Shown here: positions 16,264 to 25,348 of the stretch, piece by piece
Layout of the letters: every line of letters begins with the position of its first letter
Position numbering within the stretch: position 1 is the first letter of the stretch
Virus record (IMG/VR): IMGVR_UViG_3300027896_000024
Coordinates: 18,929 to 82,928 of that record
Length of the DNA stretch: 64,000 nt
Origin: a virus
Direction: 5' to 3' (one strand)
Translations under genes and position numbers: made by a program
The notes under the pieces: generated by a model
Told to the model about the DNA's origin: nothing
The model's database searches: none
The model's input: the letters and a program-made list of their open reading frames with translations, nothing else

Positions 16264-16842
16264 ATGGACAAGCATATGGACTTTGGAACCAAGCAGTTTT
16301 TGCGTAACTTAATACAGCGCGGAGTTGTCCGGAAGGATGATCCAAATATCACAGATACACCAGGAAGAGTCAGTCGATGGGCGGACTCTTTTTTTATGTC
16401 TCAAAAGGACATGGCAAAACATATAGCCGAAATCCTGCAGGCTAGATTCCCCAGTAAAGCGGATGAAATGGTGGTTGTTACGGGAGTTACGGTCTATACT
16501 ATTTGTCCGCATCACTTGTTACCTGTGGAAATGAAAGTGTCGATTGGCTATTTACCACAGGGCTATGTTATTGGACTTTCCAAGTTGGCTAGGATTGCCA
16601 AGACTTATGCGAGACGTCCTGTTATTCAAGAGGACTACACGCAACAAGTATCCAGGGCTGTCGAGGCCGGTTTATCTCCGGATGCAGGAGTGTATGTCAT
16701 TGGAAAACACTATTGCATGGTGATGCGGGGTGTTGAGGAACCGGAATCTAAAACGGTAACCTGTGCGTTACTTGGCAAGTTCAAGAATGAAGCTCCGCGG
16801 GCTGAGTTCTTATCGCTTATGAATCATTCGCACAACGTATAA
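16264..16842 (+). CDS. folE: GTP cyclohydrolase I
   Basis: TPGRV, CPHHLLP, GLSKLAR, IQE, HYCMVMRG. Confidence 0.92.
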   Translation: MDKHMDFGTKQFLRNLIQRGVVRKDDPNITDTPGRVSRWADSFFMSQKDMAKHIAEILQARFPSKADEMVVVTGVTVYTICPHHLLPVEMKVSIGYLPQGYVIGLSKLARIAKTYARRPVIQEDYTQQVSRAVEAGLSPDAGVYVIGKHYCMVMRGVEEPESKTVTCALLGKFKNEAPRAEFLSLMNHSHNV

Positions 16843-16845
16843 CAC

Positions 16846-17034
16846 ATGAAAAAGAAACTCGTCAGAAAGCCTCCGAGGCAGGAGCTAACAAAGTTCGAGT
16901 TTCAGTGTCCCAAGTGCAAGCGGATACAACACAGGAGCGTTTGGTCGATCGCACATTATAATATTGAGCAGTTGTTTACTTGCGAATGCGGCCACAGGTT
17001 TTTATTACCGCCAATGAGGATACGCAGGCGATGA
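16846..17034 (+). CDS. small zinc-finger protein
   Basis: CPKC...CECGH. Confidence 0.6.
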   Translation: MKKKLVRKPPRQELTKFEFQCPKCKRIQHRSVWSIAHYNIEQLFTCECGHRFLLPPMRIRRR

Positions 17035-17948
17035 TTATCTATTTTGCAGGATTCTATACTTCGGGATGGGGACGCAGAAGGGATTTGATTCCCAAGAAGT
17101 TCTCGACCCTGGAGTCGTATTGGTATTTAAAGACCCGTAGGAAAAGGGCAGGCGTAGTCACCGTGAAGGAAGCCAGATGTGAGGAGATTCAGAATTTCTT
17201 TCTGGACTCTGGGGCGTACACGGCACATAGCAAGGGCATCACAATAACTCTGGACGAGTACATCAAGTACGTACACGCTAACAAAAAGTATACGACTGTG
17301 TACTGCGTACTGGATAGTATCGGGAATGCCAAGGAGACTTGGGATGCTCAGAAAGAGATGGAGAAACAGGGGCTGAATCCTTTGCCCGTATTTCACTCGG
17401 CAGAGGATGTAAAATACCTGAAGCGATATGTGGATAATTACGAGTACGTCGGAATAGGTGGTGCAGCCGGCTCCGCCAAGTGGTCTCGGGAATATTACTT
17501 CGACAGGATCCGCAGCGTATTACTTGGGCCAGGTGGAGTGCCCCGCATTCGTATTCACGGATTTGGTATTACCGAGCCACAGTACATGCTCATGTTTCCT
17601 TGGTACTCGGTGGATTCCACAAGCTGGGTGTTGCAAGCGGCGTACGGTGCGATATATGTACTATTGGGAAAGAAGTGGCACGTACTTCCGACTTCGCCTC
17701 GATATTCAAATGCCAACAAACCGGGTGCGTTTCATTGGAATCATATCTCAAAAGAGGAAAAGGATGTAATCCGGCAGAAAATGGTGGAGTATAGCCGGAA
17801 TACAAACAACGGCAAGTTCACTGAAAAGGACTTATGCAATGATGGGTATGCCCGTCAGAGTTGGAACATGCATTGTTTCATGGACCTGGTTGGGAGATAC
17901 GAGGAGTTAAAAAAGCTGGTACTTACAGCACAGGAGTTCTTTGTATGA
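17031..17948 (+). CDS. dpdA: DpdA-like (TGT-fold) DNA 7-deazaguanine transglycosylase
   Basis: FLDSGAYT, LPVFH, VGIGG, IHGFG, SVDSTSW; adjacent to folE/queD/queE. Confidence 0.75.
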   Translation: MIIYFAGFYTSGWGRRRDLIPKKFSTLESYWYLKTRRKRAGVVTVKEARCEEIQNFFLDSGAYTAHSKGITITLDEYIKYVHANKKYTTVYCVLDSIGNAKETWDAQKEMEKQGLNPLPVFHSAEDVKYLKRYVDNYEYVGIGGAAGSAKWSREYYFDRIRSVLLGPGGVPRIRIHGFGITEPQYMLMFPWYSVDSTSWVLQAAYGAIYVLLGKKWHVLPTSPRYSNANKPGAFHWNHISKEEKDVIRQKMVEYSRNTNNGKFTEKDLCNDGYARQSWNMHCFMDLVGRYEELKKLVLTAQEFFV

Positions 17949-19030
17949 TTGTGAAATTATCGGACTTTTTGGCAGCTATGAAATATGCCTGGCGGGCAGT
18001 GTCGCCAGGCGATTTTGTTTCGAACTTCCGGTTTATAAGTTTTGAGTCATTTGCAGGGTTAAAGATCCTGCGGCTCCGGGCTTTCAATGGCACGTTGGGT
18101 GTAGAGGTGGATGTTCCTACCAGAAACCCGGATGCGTTCAAGCCATTTGTGGTGGATGCGGATAGACTGATGCGTTATCTGCAGAGCTTCGACGCTGCGG
18201 ACTCGAGGGCCGTCGAGCTTACACTGGAAAAGTCCCGTTGTGTATTCAGCTTTCAGAAAGCCGGCAAGATAGCGTTAACACCGGCCCAGTTGAAGACCCC
18301 GTTTTGGAAAGCTCCCGACGAGCAGGGTGTTGACTGGTGTTTGACAATGGACAAGAAATTCAGGGAGTCCTGCAAACTGGTGTTATCTATAGCGGGATTG
18401 GACACGGCCCGACTTGTTACGCAGGGTATATTTATGGAAGGATCCAGGTTGCACGTAACATCCGGGGCCGCAATCGGGGAATCCACGGCCAAAGCAAAGT
18501 TCTCAAAGCCCATGGCAATGGTGTACGATTTCGTTCGTATCCTGGTTGAGATAGGGACGGATATTGAGGTGGGAACCGGCAAGAATTTTGTAGTAGCTAA
18601 AACAGGGACTGTCAAGTTTGTCCAGTCTTTGTTTCGGTGTCCGGCACCTGACTTCGATTCCATGTTGAAGAACTATCGGAAACCGCAAGCAGCGGTTACA
18701 GTGAACCTGAAGGAGTTCGTCGAGAAGTTCCGTCGTATTGGTAATATGACCGATCAACAAAACCGGGGAGTAAAGCTGGTATTCAAGGCCGGTATGTTGC
18801 GCTTCGGATTTGAGGATAGTGAAGTGCATGTACGTGAAGCAATTACGTACAAAGGAAACTACGATGGCGAGATTCTGTTAAATTTCGCGTATATCAAAGG
18901 GTATCTCGATGAGCTTGTGGCCCGTCCTTTAAAGCAGTTACAGTTAGGATTTATCGGGGCCGGCAAAGGTCTTGTATTCAGGATAGCTGAGCCGTTTGTA
19001 CTTGTCCTGCTTCCGATGGTGAAATTATGA
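17945..19030 (+). CDS. sliding clamp (DNA pol III beta-like)
   Basis: ~360 aa; LRAFNGTLGVEV, C-terminal ILLNFAYIKGYL..VLLPMVKL resemble DnaN. Confidence 0.65.
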   Translation: MIVKLSDFLAAMKYAWRAVSPGDFVSNFRFISFESFAGLKILRLRAFNGTLGVEVDVPTRNPDAFKPFVVDADRLMRYLQSFDAADSRAVELTLEKSRCVFSFQKAGKIALTPAQLKTPFWKAPDEQGVDWCLTMDKKFRESCKLVLSIAGLDTARLVTQGIFMEGSRLHVTSGAAIGESTAKAKFSKPMAMVYDFVRILVEIGTDIEVGTGKNFVVAKTGTVKFVQSLFRCPAPDFDSMLKNYRKPQAAVTVNLKEFVEKFRRIGNMTDQQNRGVKLVFKAGMLRFGFEDSEVHVREAITYKGNYDGEILLNFAYIKGYLDELVARPLKQLQLGFIGAGKGLVFRIAEPFVLVLLPMVKL

Positions 19031-21513
19031 AACCGGATCCACAGCAGTTGGAATTTATAGAGAACCCGACGGTCAGGAAGGTACCACGATCGTCGGGGAA
19101 AACCAAAAAACCAAAGCCATTGTTGGGATGTGACGATTGCCCTCTGAACTACCGGTTGGAGTATCGAGTGCCGGGTGATGGGGATGTCAATTCGGATATA
19201 TGGTTTGTAGGGGAAGGTCCCGGATTAAAAGAGGCACAAAGTCATCATCCGTTTGTGGGCGATTCCGGGGATCTGCTATGGGAGGAAGCAAGAAAGTTTG
19301 GTATTACCAGGGACATGGTAGCTGTGCGAAATGCGGTACAGTGTTGGCCGCCAGGAAACAGGACGCCAACGTCATTGGAAGTGAAGCATTGCATCGGATA
19401 CCTGGAAGAGGAACTGCGTAAGTATAGACCCAAAGTAGTTATCACTCTGGGAGCTACAGCCTTACAGGCATTGATGGGTAAGAAGTACAAGATCACGGAA
19501 TGTCATGGTCAGGAATTAATACGGGAAGATGGTATCAAAGTAGTACCTATATTTCATCCGTCATTTTTACTATGTAATGGAAAAGATCCTGATTTGATGA
19601 AGGTATGGCGAATCGGGATGCTACGTGGAATCAACGCTGCAAAGTCTGCGGGCCGTACGTCAATACTGGAGTCTGCCGGATTCAAGTGGACGATATTAAA
19701 GGCAAGTCGTTTTGCGGAATATCTCCGGTTTGTTATGCCTCGCTGGGCGGCTTGGGATATTGAAACACACGGCAAGGACGGGGAGCCGTTTCTTATTTCA
19801 AGTGCATGGGGAAAGAACAGAGGAATCGTTTCCGACTGGGATGAAGTGAAGCATCTGTTAGTCGAGTACATGGAGAGTAGCGCCAAGAAAGTGTGGCAGA
19901 ACGGATGCGGATTTGATATACCACGAATCGAGAGGGATTTAGGTGGAATCCGAATGGGTGGTTACGACTGGGACACGTTTGTGGCCGGCGTAACTATCGA
20001 CTCTCGTAGGGGTAGAAATAATCTGACTCGTTTAACTGAATGGGCAGCTCCTGAAATAGCAGGGTATGACGGCGAACTAGAGCGATACGTAAAAAAGAAC
20101 AAAGTACAGGATTATGCGGATATTCCCCGGGAAATCATTCTGCCGTACTCTGCGGGTGATGCGATATCAACAGGAATTGTCAAGATCAAGCAGGAGCCTT
20201 TGGCTAGCCGTCCTCTGGTAGAGTTCTATATGGAACTGGTGCGGGATGTTTTGTATCCTATGGAGAAGCGGGGTATTCGCACCGATGTAAAGTTTTTGGA
20301 TACCATGATCGCGCACTATACAAAGGAGAATGAGAAGATAATCGGACGATTAAAGGCAATGTCAGGGGAGCCCGACTTCAATCCTGGTTCGAACGAGCAG
20401 ATGTCTTGGTTTCTGTTCGATCACTTGGAATTGCCCCAAACTGGTGTTAAGCTATCACCTAAAACGAACTTGCCATCGGTGGACAAGAATACGATGGCAT
20501 TACTCAAGGGCAAGCATCCTGCGGTAGCGTTGACAACACAGTTGCGGTCGAACGATAAATCACTCAAGACCTACGGAATTCGTATTCGTAAAAATCTTGT
20601 GAATACGGATCGTTTCCGCGTGAAGTATTGGATAGGTGGTGCGGACAAGGAGGACAAGGACAGAGGGGCGGAGACGGGTCGTCTATCATCGCCTTTGCAG
20701 AATATTCCCCGTGTGAACAAGGACAATCCTAGGGCCTATGAGCCGGCAGATATATTCATTCCGGATCCGGGGTATGTATTCTTGGTGCCGGATTACTCTC
20801 AGGCTGAGTTACGCGTAGCGGCATTGTTATCTCAAGACGAACAAATGATTGAGGACTTCCAAAATAATATTGATGCGCATACCGCTGTATGCTGGAACTA
20901 TTTGGGAGTGCCGAGAGGAACAAAGCCGAACAAGGAAACCAGGGTCCGGGCGAAGGTGATTAACTTTTCCAAGATATTTGGAGCTTCTGCTAACGGGCTT
21001 GCTAGGAACCTGGGATGTTCGGTGGAAGAGGCACTTAAGCTGTTGTATAACGACATGAAAAAGTACCCGGGTTATTGGGCATGGCGGAAAGCACAGATCA
21101 TCCGGGTATGGAAGAAACGTTATGCGATGACGTTGTTCGGATTCAAACGGCCTATCGAAATTCCGGACGAGCGATTTTATTACGATCCGTTGTCATTACA
21201 ACACTGGCAGCGGCAAGCCTTGAATACACCGGTCCAGGGTACAGCTAGTCAGTTCCTGTTACTCGGAATGGTTATCATCAAAAGGTTGAATCTAAAGTCT
21301 GGTGAGATGCTGATGAACATTCACGACTCGGCACCTATGCAAGTGAAGATAGGTAAAGAACAGAAAATCGGTAAAATAGTCAAGTGGGCATTGGAAGTTG
21401 CGATTGTGGACGAGGTTCGCAAACGGTTTAATAAGGACATATCACAGGTGCCCTGGACGGTGGAAATATCAACAGGGCCTAGGTTGTCCAAGCTACAAGA
21501 AATCGCCGTATAA
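19027..21513 (+). CDS. family-4 uracil-DNA glycosylase fused to family A DNA polymerase
   Basis: N-terminal CDDC, VGEGPG, CWPPGNRTP, FHPS; exonuclease WDIET; polymerase TGRLSS, DYSQAELR, RAKVINF, NTPVQG, IHDS. Confidence 0.9.
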   Translation: MKPDPQQLEFIENPTVRKVPRSSGKTKKPKPLLGCDDCPLNYRLEYRVPGDGDVNSDIWFVGEGPGLKEAQSHHPFVGDSGDLLWEEARKFGITRDMVAVRNAVQCWPPGNRTPTSLEVKHCIGYLEEELRKYRPKVVITLGATALQALMGKKYKITECHGQELIREDGIKVVPIFHPSFLLCNGKDPDLMKVWRIGMLRGINAAKSAGRTSILESAGFKWTILKASRFAEYLRFVMPRWAAWDIETHGKDGEPFLISSAWGKNRGIVSDWDEVKHLLVEYMESSAKKVWQNGCGFDIPRIERDLGGIRMGGYDWDTFVAGVTIDSRRGRNNLTRLTEWAAPEIAGYDGELERYVKKNKVQDYADIPREIILPYSAGDAISTGIVKIKQEPLASRPLVEFYMELVRDVLYPMEKRGIRTDVKFLDTMIAHYTKENEKIIGRLKAMSGEPDFNPGSNEQMSWFLFDHLELPQTGVKLSPKTNLPSVDKNTMALLKGKHPAVALTTQLRSNDKSLKTYGIRIRKNLVNTDRFRVKYWIGGADKEDKDRGAETGRLSSPLQNIPRVNKDNPRAYEPADIFIPDPGYVFLVPDYSQAELRVAALLSQDEQMIEDFQNNIDAHTAVCWNYLGVPRGTKPNKETRVRAKVINFSKIFGASANGLARNLGCSVEEALKLLYNDMKKYPGYWAWRKAQIIRVWKKRYAMTLFGFKRPIEIPDERFYYDPLSLQHWQRQALNTPVQGTASQFLLLGMVIIKRLNLKSGEMLMNIHDSAPMQVKIGKEQKIGKIVKWALEVAIVDEVRKRFNKDISQVPWTVEISTGPRLSKLQEIAV

Positions 21514-21558
21514 TATTCAGAAGTCGTATTACTTATTCCACTGAAAAGAGAGGGGTAT

Positions 21559-22044
21559 ATGGCACAGAAGTTGGACAAGGCGACGTTTATGCAACAGGTC
21601 AAGATAAACCTTGCGGACTTGACAGTAGACATGTCGGAGCAAGCGGCCCTGTTCGCCAATTATGCAACGATGAAAGTTATCGCAGAGGACGAGGAGGCCC
21701 GTAGGAAGCTGGAGCGGGAAGCAATGGAGTACCAGCTCGACGAGAAGTTACGTAAAACACTATCGGACCCGACCGAAAAGAAAATTACGGCGGCTATCAA
21801 ACGTAATCCGGCATATGTCAAGGCCGACATTGCGTACCTGGACGCGAAGCATGTAACGTCCATGCTTTCGGTGGCTGTCGAGGCATTTGAAATGCGCGCC
21901 AGGATGTTGTCGTCGATTGGCGCATTGACAAGATCGGAAATGGAACAGCAGTACATGGGAACACCGGCGGGAAACCGGATGGCGTCCCAAGCTGAGAAGT
22001 TAGCCGATCGAGTGAAACGGAAATTACATGGTAACCAGCCGTGA
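21559..22044 (+). CDS. coiled-coil protein, UvsY-like recombination mediator
   Basis: helical; TEKKITAAI..AVEAFEMRARML; lies upstream of SSB and RecA. Confidence 0.5.
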   Translation: MAQKLDKATFMQQVKINLADLTVDMSEQAALFANYATMKVIAEDEEARRKLEREAMEYQLDEKLRKTLSDPTEKKITAAIKRNPAYVKADIAYLDAKHVTSMLSVAVEAFEMRARMLSSIGALTRSEMEQQYMGTPAGNRMASQAEKLADRVKRKLHGNQP

Positions 22045-22172
22045 GTTATTTCAGGTGTTAGTACTTATCGTAGTCGTGCAAGCGGTCTTGCTCACTTTGC
22101 AATCATGGTGGTTGTCAAAGCGGATAGCAGAAGGCGTGGCACGATTCTTTATGAATCTAGCGAAAGGAGAGT

Positions 22173-23399
22173 ATGACGGAGAGCTTGAAGGACAAAATCA
22201 AGAAGGCCAAGGAAAAGGCCGCCGCCGATCAGAAGAGTAAAGGTGGTGGCGACCTGAATCGTTGGAAGCCAGGTGCCGGGGAGGATCATTTGTTCCGGAT
22301 CCTACCACGATTGGACGCCCCGGAGCCCTGGGTGATGGGGGATGTGCATTACATCGACACTGGTGACGGCACGGCGATGCTGGGATGCGGTAGCGAGGAG
22401 TGCTATTCCTGCAACGAAAAGATCAAGCCACTTTCGGAGTCTGGTTCTAAAGAGGATCAGAAGCGGGCTCGGCGTTCCCGTAAGCAAACCAAGATCATGT
22501 TGGGCGTCGTCGATTGGCGGGATCGCAAGAAAGGTCCGCTGGTGTGGGAACCGAAGAACACTCAGTCCTGTTCGCAGTGGCTGAACATTCTCGGACTTAT
22601 CGACAACGCCGACTTCGGGCCGGATATTTATAAGGCCAAAGAGGGTCGGTTGATTACGATGTCGATGACGTCGGCGAAAAAGAAAATCGAGGGGAAGCCG
22701 CAGGATGTGTTGTCGCTCCGGACGATGCAGTGCGGTACAAAACCCTGTCCCGTAGTAATCGGAAAAACCAAGTCTGGCTTTGCCATCCAGTTAACGCTGA
22801 AGGACGGCGCGAAGAAGGTGTTTCCGCTTATGGATCTGTCGGCTTTACTCCCGGACTACGACGAGAACGCGCACCGTGCAGCCTGGGGCGAGGAAGTGAT
22901 CGAAGAGGAAGTCGAGGAAGTGGAAGATGAAGAAGCTTCCGACGACGACTTCGAAGATCTGACTGCTGATGAAAAACCGGCCAAGAAAAAGAAGAAGGCC
23001 AAACCGGTCGAGGAGGAAGAAGAGGAGGAGACCGAAGAGGAAGAGGAGGAGGAACCGGCCCCGCCCAAGAAAAAGAAGAAGCGTCCTGCTCCCGTTGAGG
23101 AAGAGGAGGAAGAAGAGCAGGAAGAATTCGAGGAGGAAGAAGAAGAGGAACCGGCGCCTCCGAAGAAGAAGAAAAAGAAACCTGCTCCTGTCGAGGAGGA
23201 AGAGGAAGAAGAAGAACTCGAAGAGGAGGAGGAAGAGGAGGAAGAGCCGGAGCCTCCAAAGAAGAAAAAGAAGAAACCGGTACCGCCTCCGGAAGAGGAA
23301 GAGGAGGAAGAGCTGGAGGAGGATTTCGAGTTCACCGAAGAGGACGAGGAAGAGCCTCCGAAAAAGGTCAAGAAACCTATCAAGAAAGGAACCAAGTAA
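22173..23399 (+). CDS. gp32-like single-stranded DNA-binding protein with very long acidic/basic repeat tail
   Basis: FRILP, H..C..C..C zinc ligands, EGRLI; C-terminal (E)n-PAPPKKKKK repeats. Confidence 0.65.
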   Translation: MTESLKDKIKKAKEKAAADQKSKGGGDLNRWKPGAGEDHLFRILPRLDAPEPWVMGDVHYIDTGDGTAMLGCGSEECYSCNEKIKPLSESGSKEDQKRARRSRKQTKIMLGVVDWRDRKKGPLVWEPKNTQSCSQWLNILGLIDNADFGPDIYKAKEGRLITMSMTSAKKKIEGKPQDVLSLRTMQCGTKPCPVVIGKTKSGFAIQLTLKDGAKKVFPLMDLSALLPDYDENAHRAAWGEEVIEEEVEEVEDEEASDDDFEDLTADEKPAKKKKKAKPVEEEEEEETEEEEEEEPAPPKKKKKRPAPVEEEEEEEQEEFEEEEEEEPAPPKKKKKKPAPVEEEEEEEELEEEEEEEEEPEPPKKKKKKPVPPPEEEEEEELEEDFEFTEEDEEEPPKKVKKPIKKGTK

Positions 23400-24284
23400 A
23401 TGAAGCCCACGGGATCGCCCAAGAAGTTGTATCCGGATATCAGTCGCCTGGTAGGTGAAGTCCAGAAAGTATTTGGTGGGGACGTCGCTACATCTGGGGC
23501 GGAAGGATTCATGATTTCCAACGTAGCGAACTGGATCGATGCCGGTCCGTTACTGAATCCTATCTTGGGCGATCCTTTGCGGGGTTTGCCATGCGGATTT
23601 TTTACTGAAGTAGCCGGCCCCGAAAGTTCGGGCAAGACTACACTGGGTTATTATCTGTTAGGACAAGCACAAAAAGCCGGTTGCATTTCTATTCTGGCGG
23701 ATGTCGAAGTATCTTATGATGCGAAGTGGGCAAGACTACAGGGCGTAAACTCAAAGCAGCTTATCAGGATCGCATCATCCTATGTGAATGCAAAGGGGAA
23801 GTTCAAAGTGGACGACCTCGACGAGGAGTTTTCAAAGTGGGAGTTTATCGCTAAGAAATCGTGGCGTATGTTTCATCGGCCCCAGTTATTGCTGGTGGAT
23901 TCAATGGCTGCGCTTATTCCCCATGAGGAATTGGTAGGAGACTTTGGGGACCGCAATGTGGCTCCGGTGGCTCGGGCACTATCCAAGAATTTCCGGAAGT
24001 TTCACAAGGTATTGCTGGAGACTAAGACGCATTGCATATTTATCAATCAGATGCGTTCTAAGATAGGCGTTATGTTTGGGGCAAAGGAACAAACGTCAGG
24101 AGGTCGGGCTAAGAATTTCTACTTTTTTGTGAGGGTGGAAGTATCCAAGAAAAAAACACTCAAGAACAAGAAGATTGGGCCGTTCGCTATTTTGTCAAAG
24201 GTGCGGAATACCAAGAACAAGTTGGCGCCTCCGTTTCGTACGGCGGATTTCCGGATATCATTTACTAAGGGAATTCAGGTATGA
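23400..24284 (+). CDS. recA: RecA/UvsX recombinase
   Basis: GPESSGKTT, LVDSMAAL, FINQMR, SGGRA, KNKLAPPFR. Confidence 0.9.
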   Translation: MKPTGSPKKLYPDISRLVGEVQKVFGGDVATSGAEGFMISNVANWIDAGPLLNPILGDPLRGLPCGFFTEVAGPESSGKTTLGYYLLGQAQKAGCISILADVEVSYDAKWARLQGVNSKQLIRIASSYVNAKGKFKVDDLDEEFSKWEFIAKKSWRMFHRPQLLLVDSMAALIPHEELVGDFGDRNVAPVARALSKNFRKFHKVLLETKTHCIFINQMRSKIGVMFGAKEQTSGGRAKNFYFFVRVEVSKKKTLKNKKIGPFAILSKVRNTKNKLAPPFRTADFRISFTKGIQV

Positions 24285-25348
24285 TATTTTTAACGAGTGA
24301 TTGGCATGTTCATAACTATCCTCAGTTCAGTAAGCCTTGGTCGCCCGGACTAAACACCCGGGCGCGCGACATTTATGAGATAGTCGGAAAAAAGATACCT
24401 GAGTTGTTACTGCAAAAGTATCAGCCCAAGGTGTTAGCATATCTCGGCGACTTCAATTTCTTCGCTTCCAATGACTACCGTTTAGAGAACCTGACTCGGC
24501 GGGCAATCAACAAGTGCGCATCCACAGTCAAATGTACCGTCGTATGTTCTGGTAATCACGACACAGTAGGAACGGACTCTGCGGATCATAACGGCCGATT
24601 GTATCTGCCTCATGCAAACTGGGCACCGTTTGTTTATAGGGAGTTCCAGTCGCAGACTAGCTGTTTGTTCTATCCTATTGGATACAATCATCCGATGCCA
24701 ACGGCGAAGGATCTGCTCCTGGTCGGGGCAGCCAAAGTGGATCATGTAATCGTGCTCATGCACAAGAACATCGAGCATGGGATAGCATCGTCGGGATTCA
24801 TTTACAGCAGCGCGAAGGAAGTGAAGATACGGAATCTGTTAGAGATCAAGAAGGAGATCCCGTCTATTATGTACTTCGGTGGGCATTACCACGATCACCA
24901 GATAATCCGTAAGTTGGTATGTATCGTGGGAGCACCCGTTCAACACCGGCGTAGTGACGAGAACTTGAATCGAGGTGTTGTGCTATTCAATCCTGAGGAC
25001 AAGTCAATCAGGAAAATAACTCTGAAAACTGGCCCGCAGTTTATCTCGACCGATGTGGATCATTTGGAAGCCTATAGTAAGTCGCCGCAGAATCATTACA
25101 TCACAGTCAAAGTGGTGGACGAGGTACAGAAGCGGACTGCTTTCGAATGGATTCGGGATACCAAGGTAAACGCCAAAGTAAAAGAACTGGACCACGACGA
25201 GTTGGTCGCCGGCGGATTTGAAGAAGAGGAGGAAGAGGTCAAAGAAGTATCGGATGCAGAATTACTCGATACCTGGTTGCAGATGAAGGCACCGGATCTG
25301 ACTTTGAGGCAGCGGGGCGAACTCGTGAAAGTGGCGGAGGCATTATGA
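24281..25348 (+). CDS. SbcD/Mre11 metallophosphoesterase nuclease
   Basis: SDWH, LGD, GNHD, GHYH. Confidence 0.85.
   Translation: MIFLTSDWHVHNYPQFSKPWSPGLNTRARDIYEIVGKKIPELLLQKYQPKVLAYLGDFNFFASNDYRLENLTRRAINKCASTVKCTVVCSGNHDTVGTDSADHNGRLYLPHANWAPFVYREFQSQTSCLFYPIGYNHPMPTAKDLLLVGAAKVDHVIVLMHKNIEHGIASSGFIYSSAKEVKIRNLLEIKKEIPSIMYFGGHYHDHQIIRKLVCIVGAPVQHRRSDENLNRGVVLFNPEDKSIRKITLKTGPQFISTDVDHLEAYSKSPQNHYITVKVVDEVQKRTAFEWIRDTKVNAKVKELDHDELVAGGFEEEEEEVKEVSDAELLDTWLQMKAPDLTLRQRGELVKVAEAL

Noticed and set aside
15456-23635. Poly-Ser/Arg/Leu-Pro ORFs overlapping the acidic genes
   Set aside because: They are shadow frames of GAA/GAG repeat tracts.
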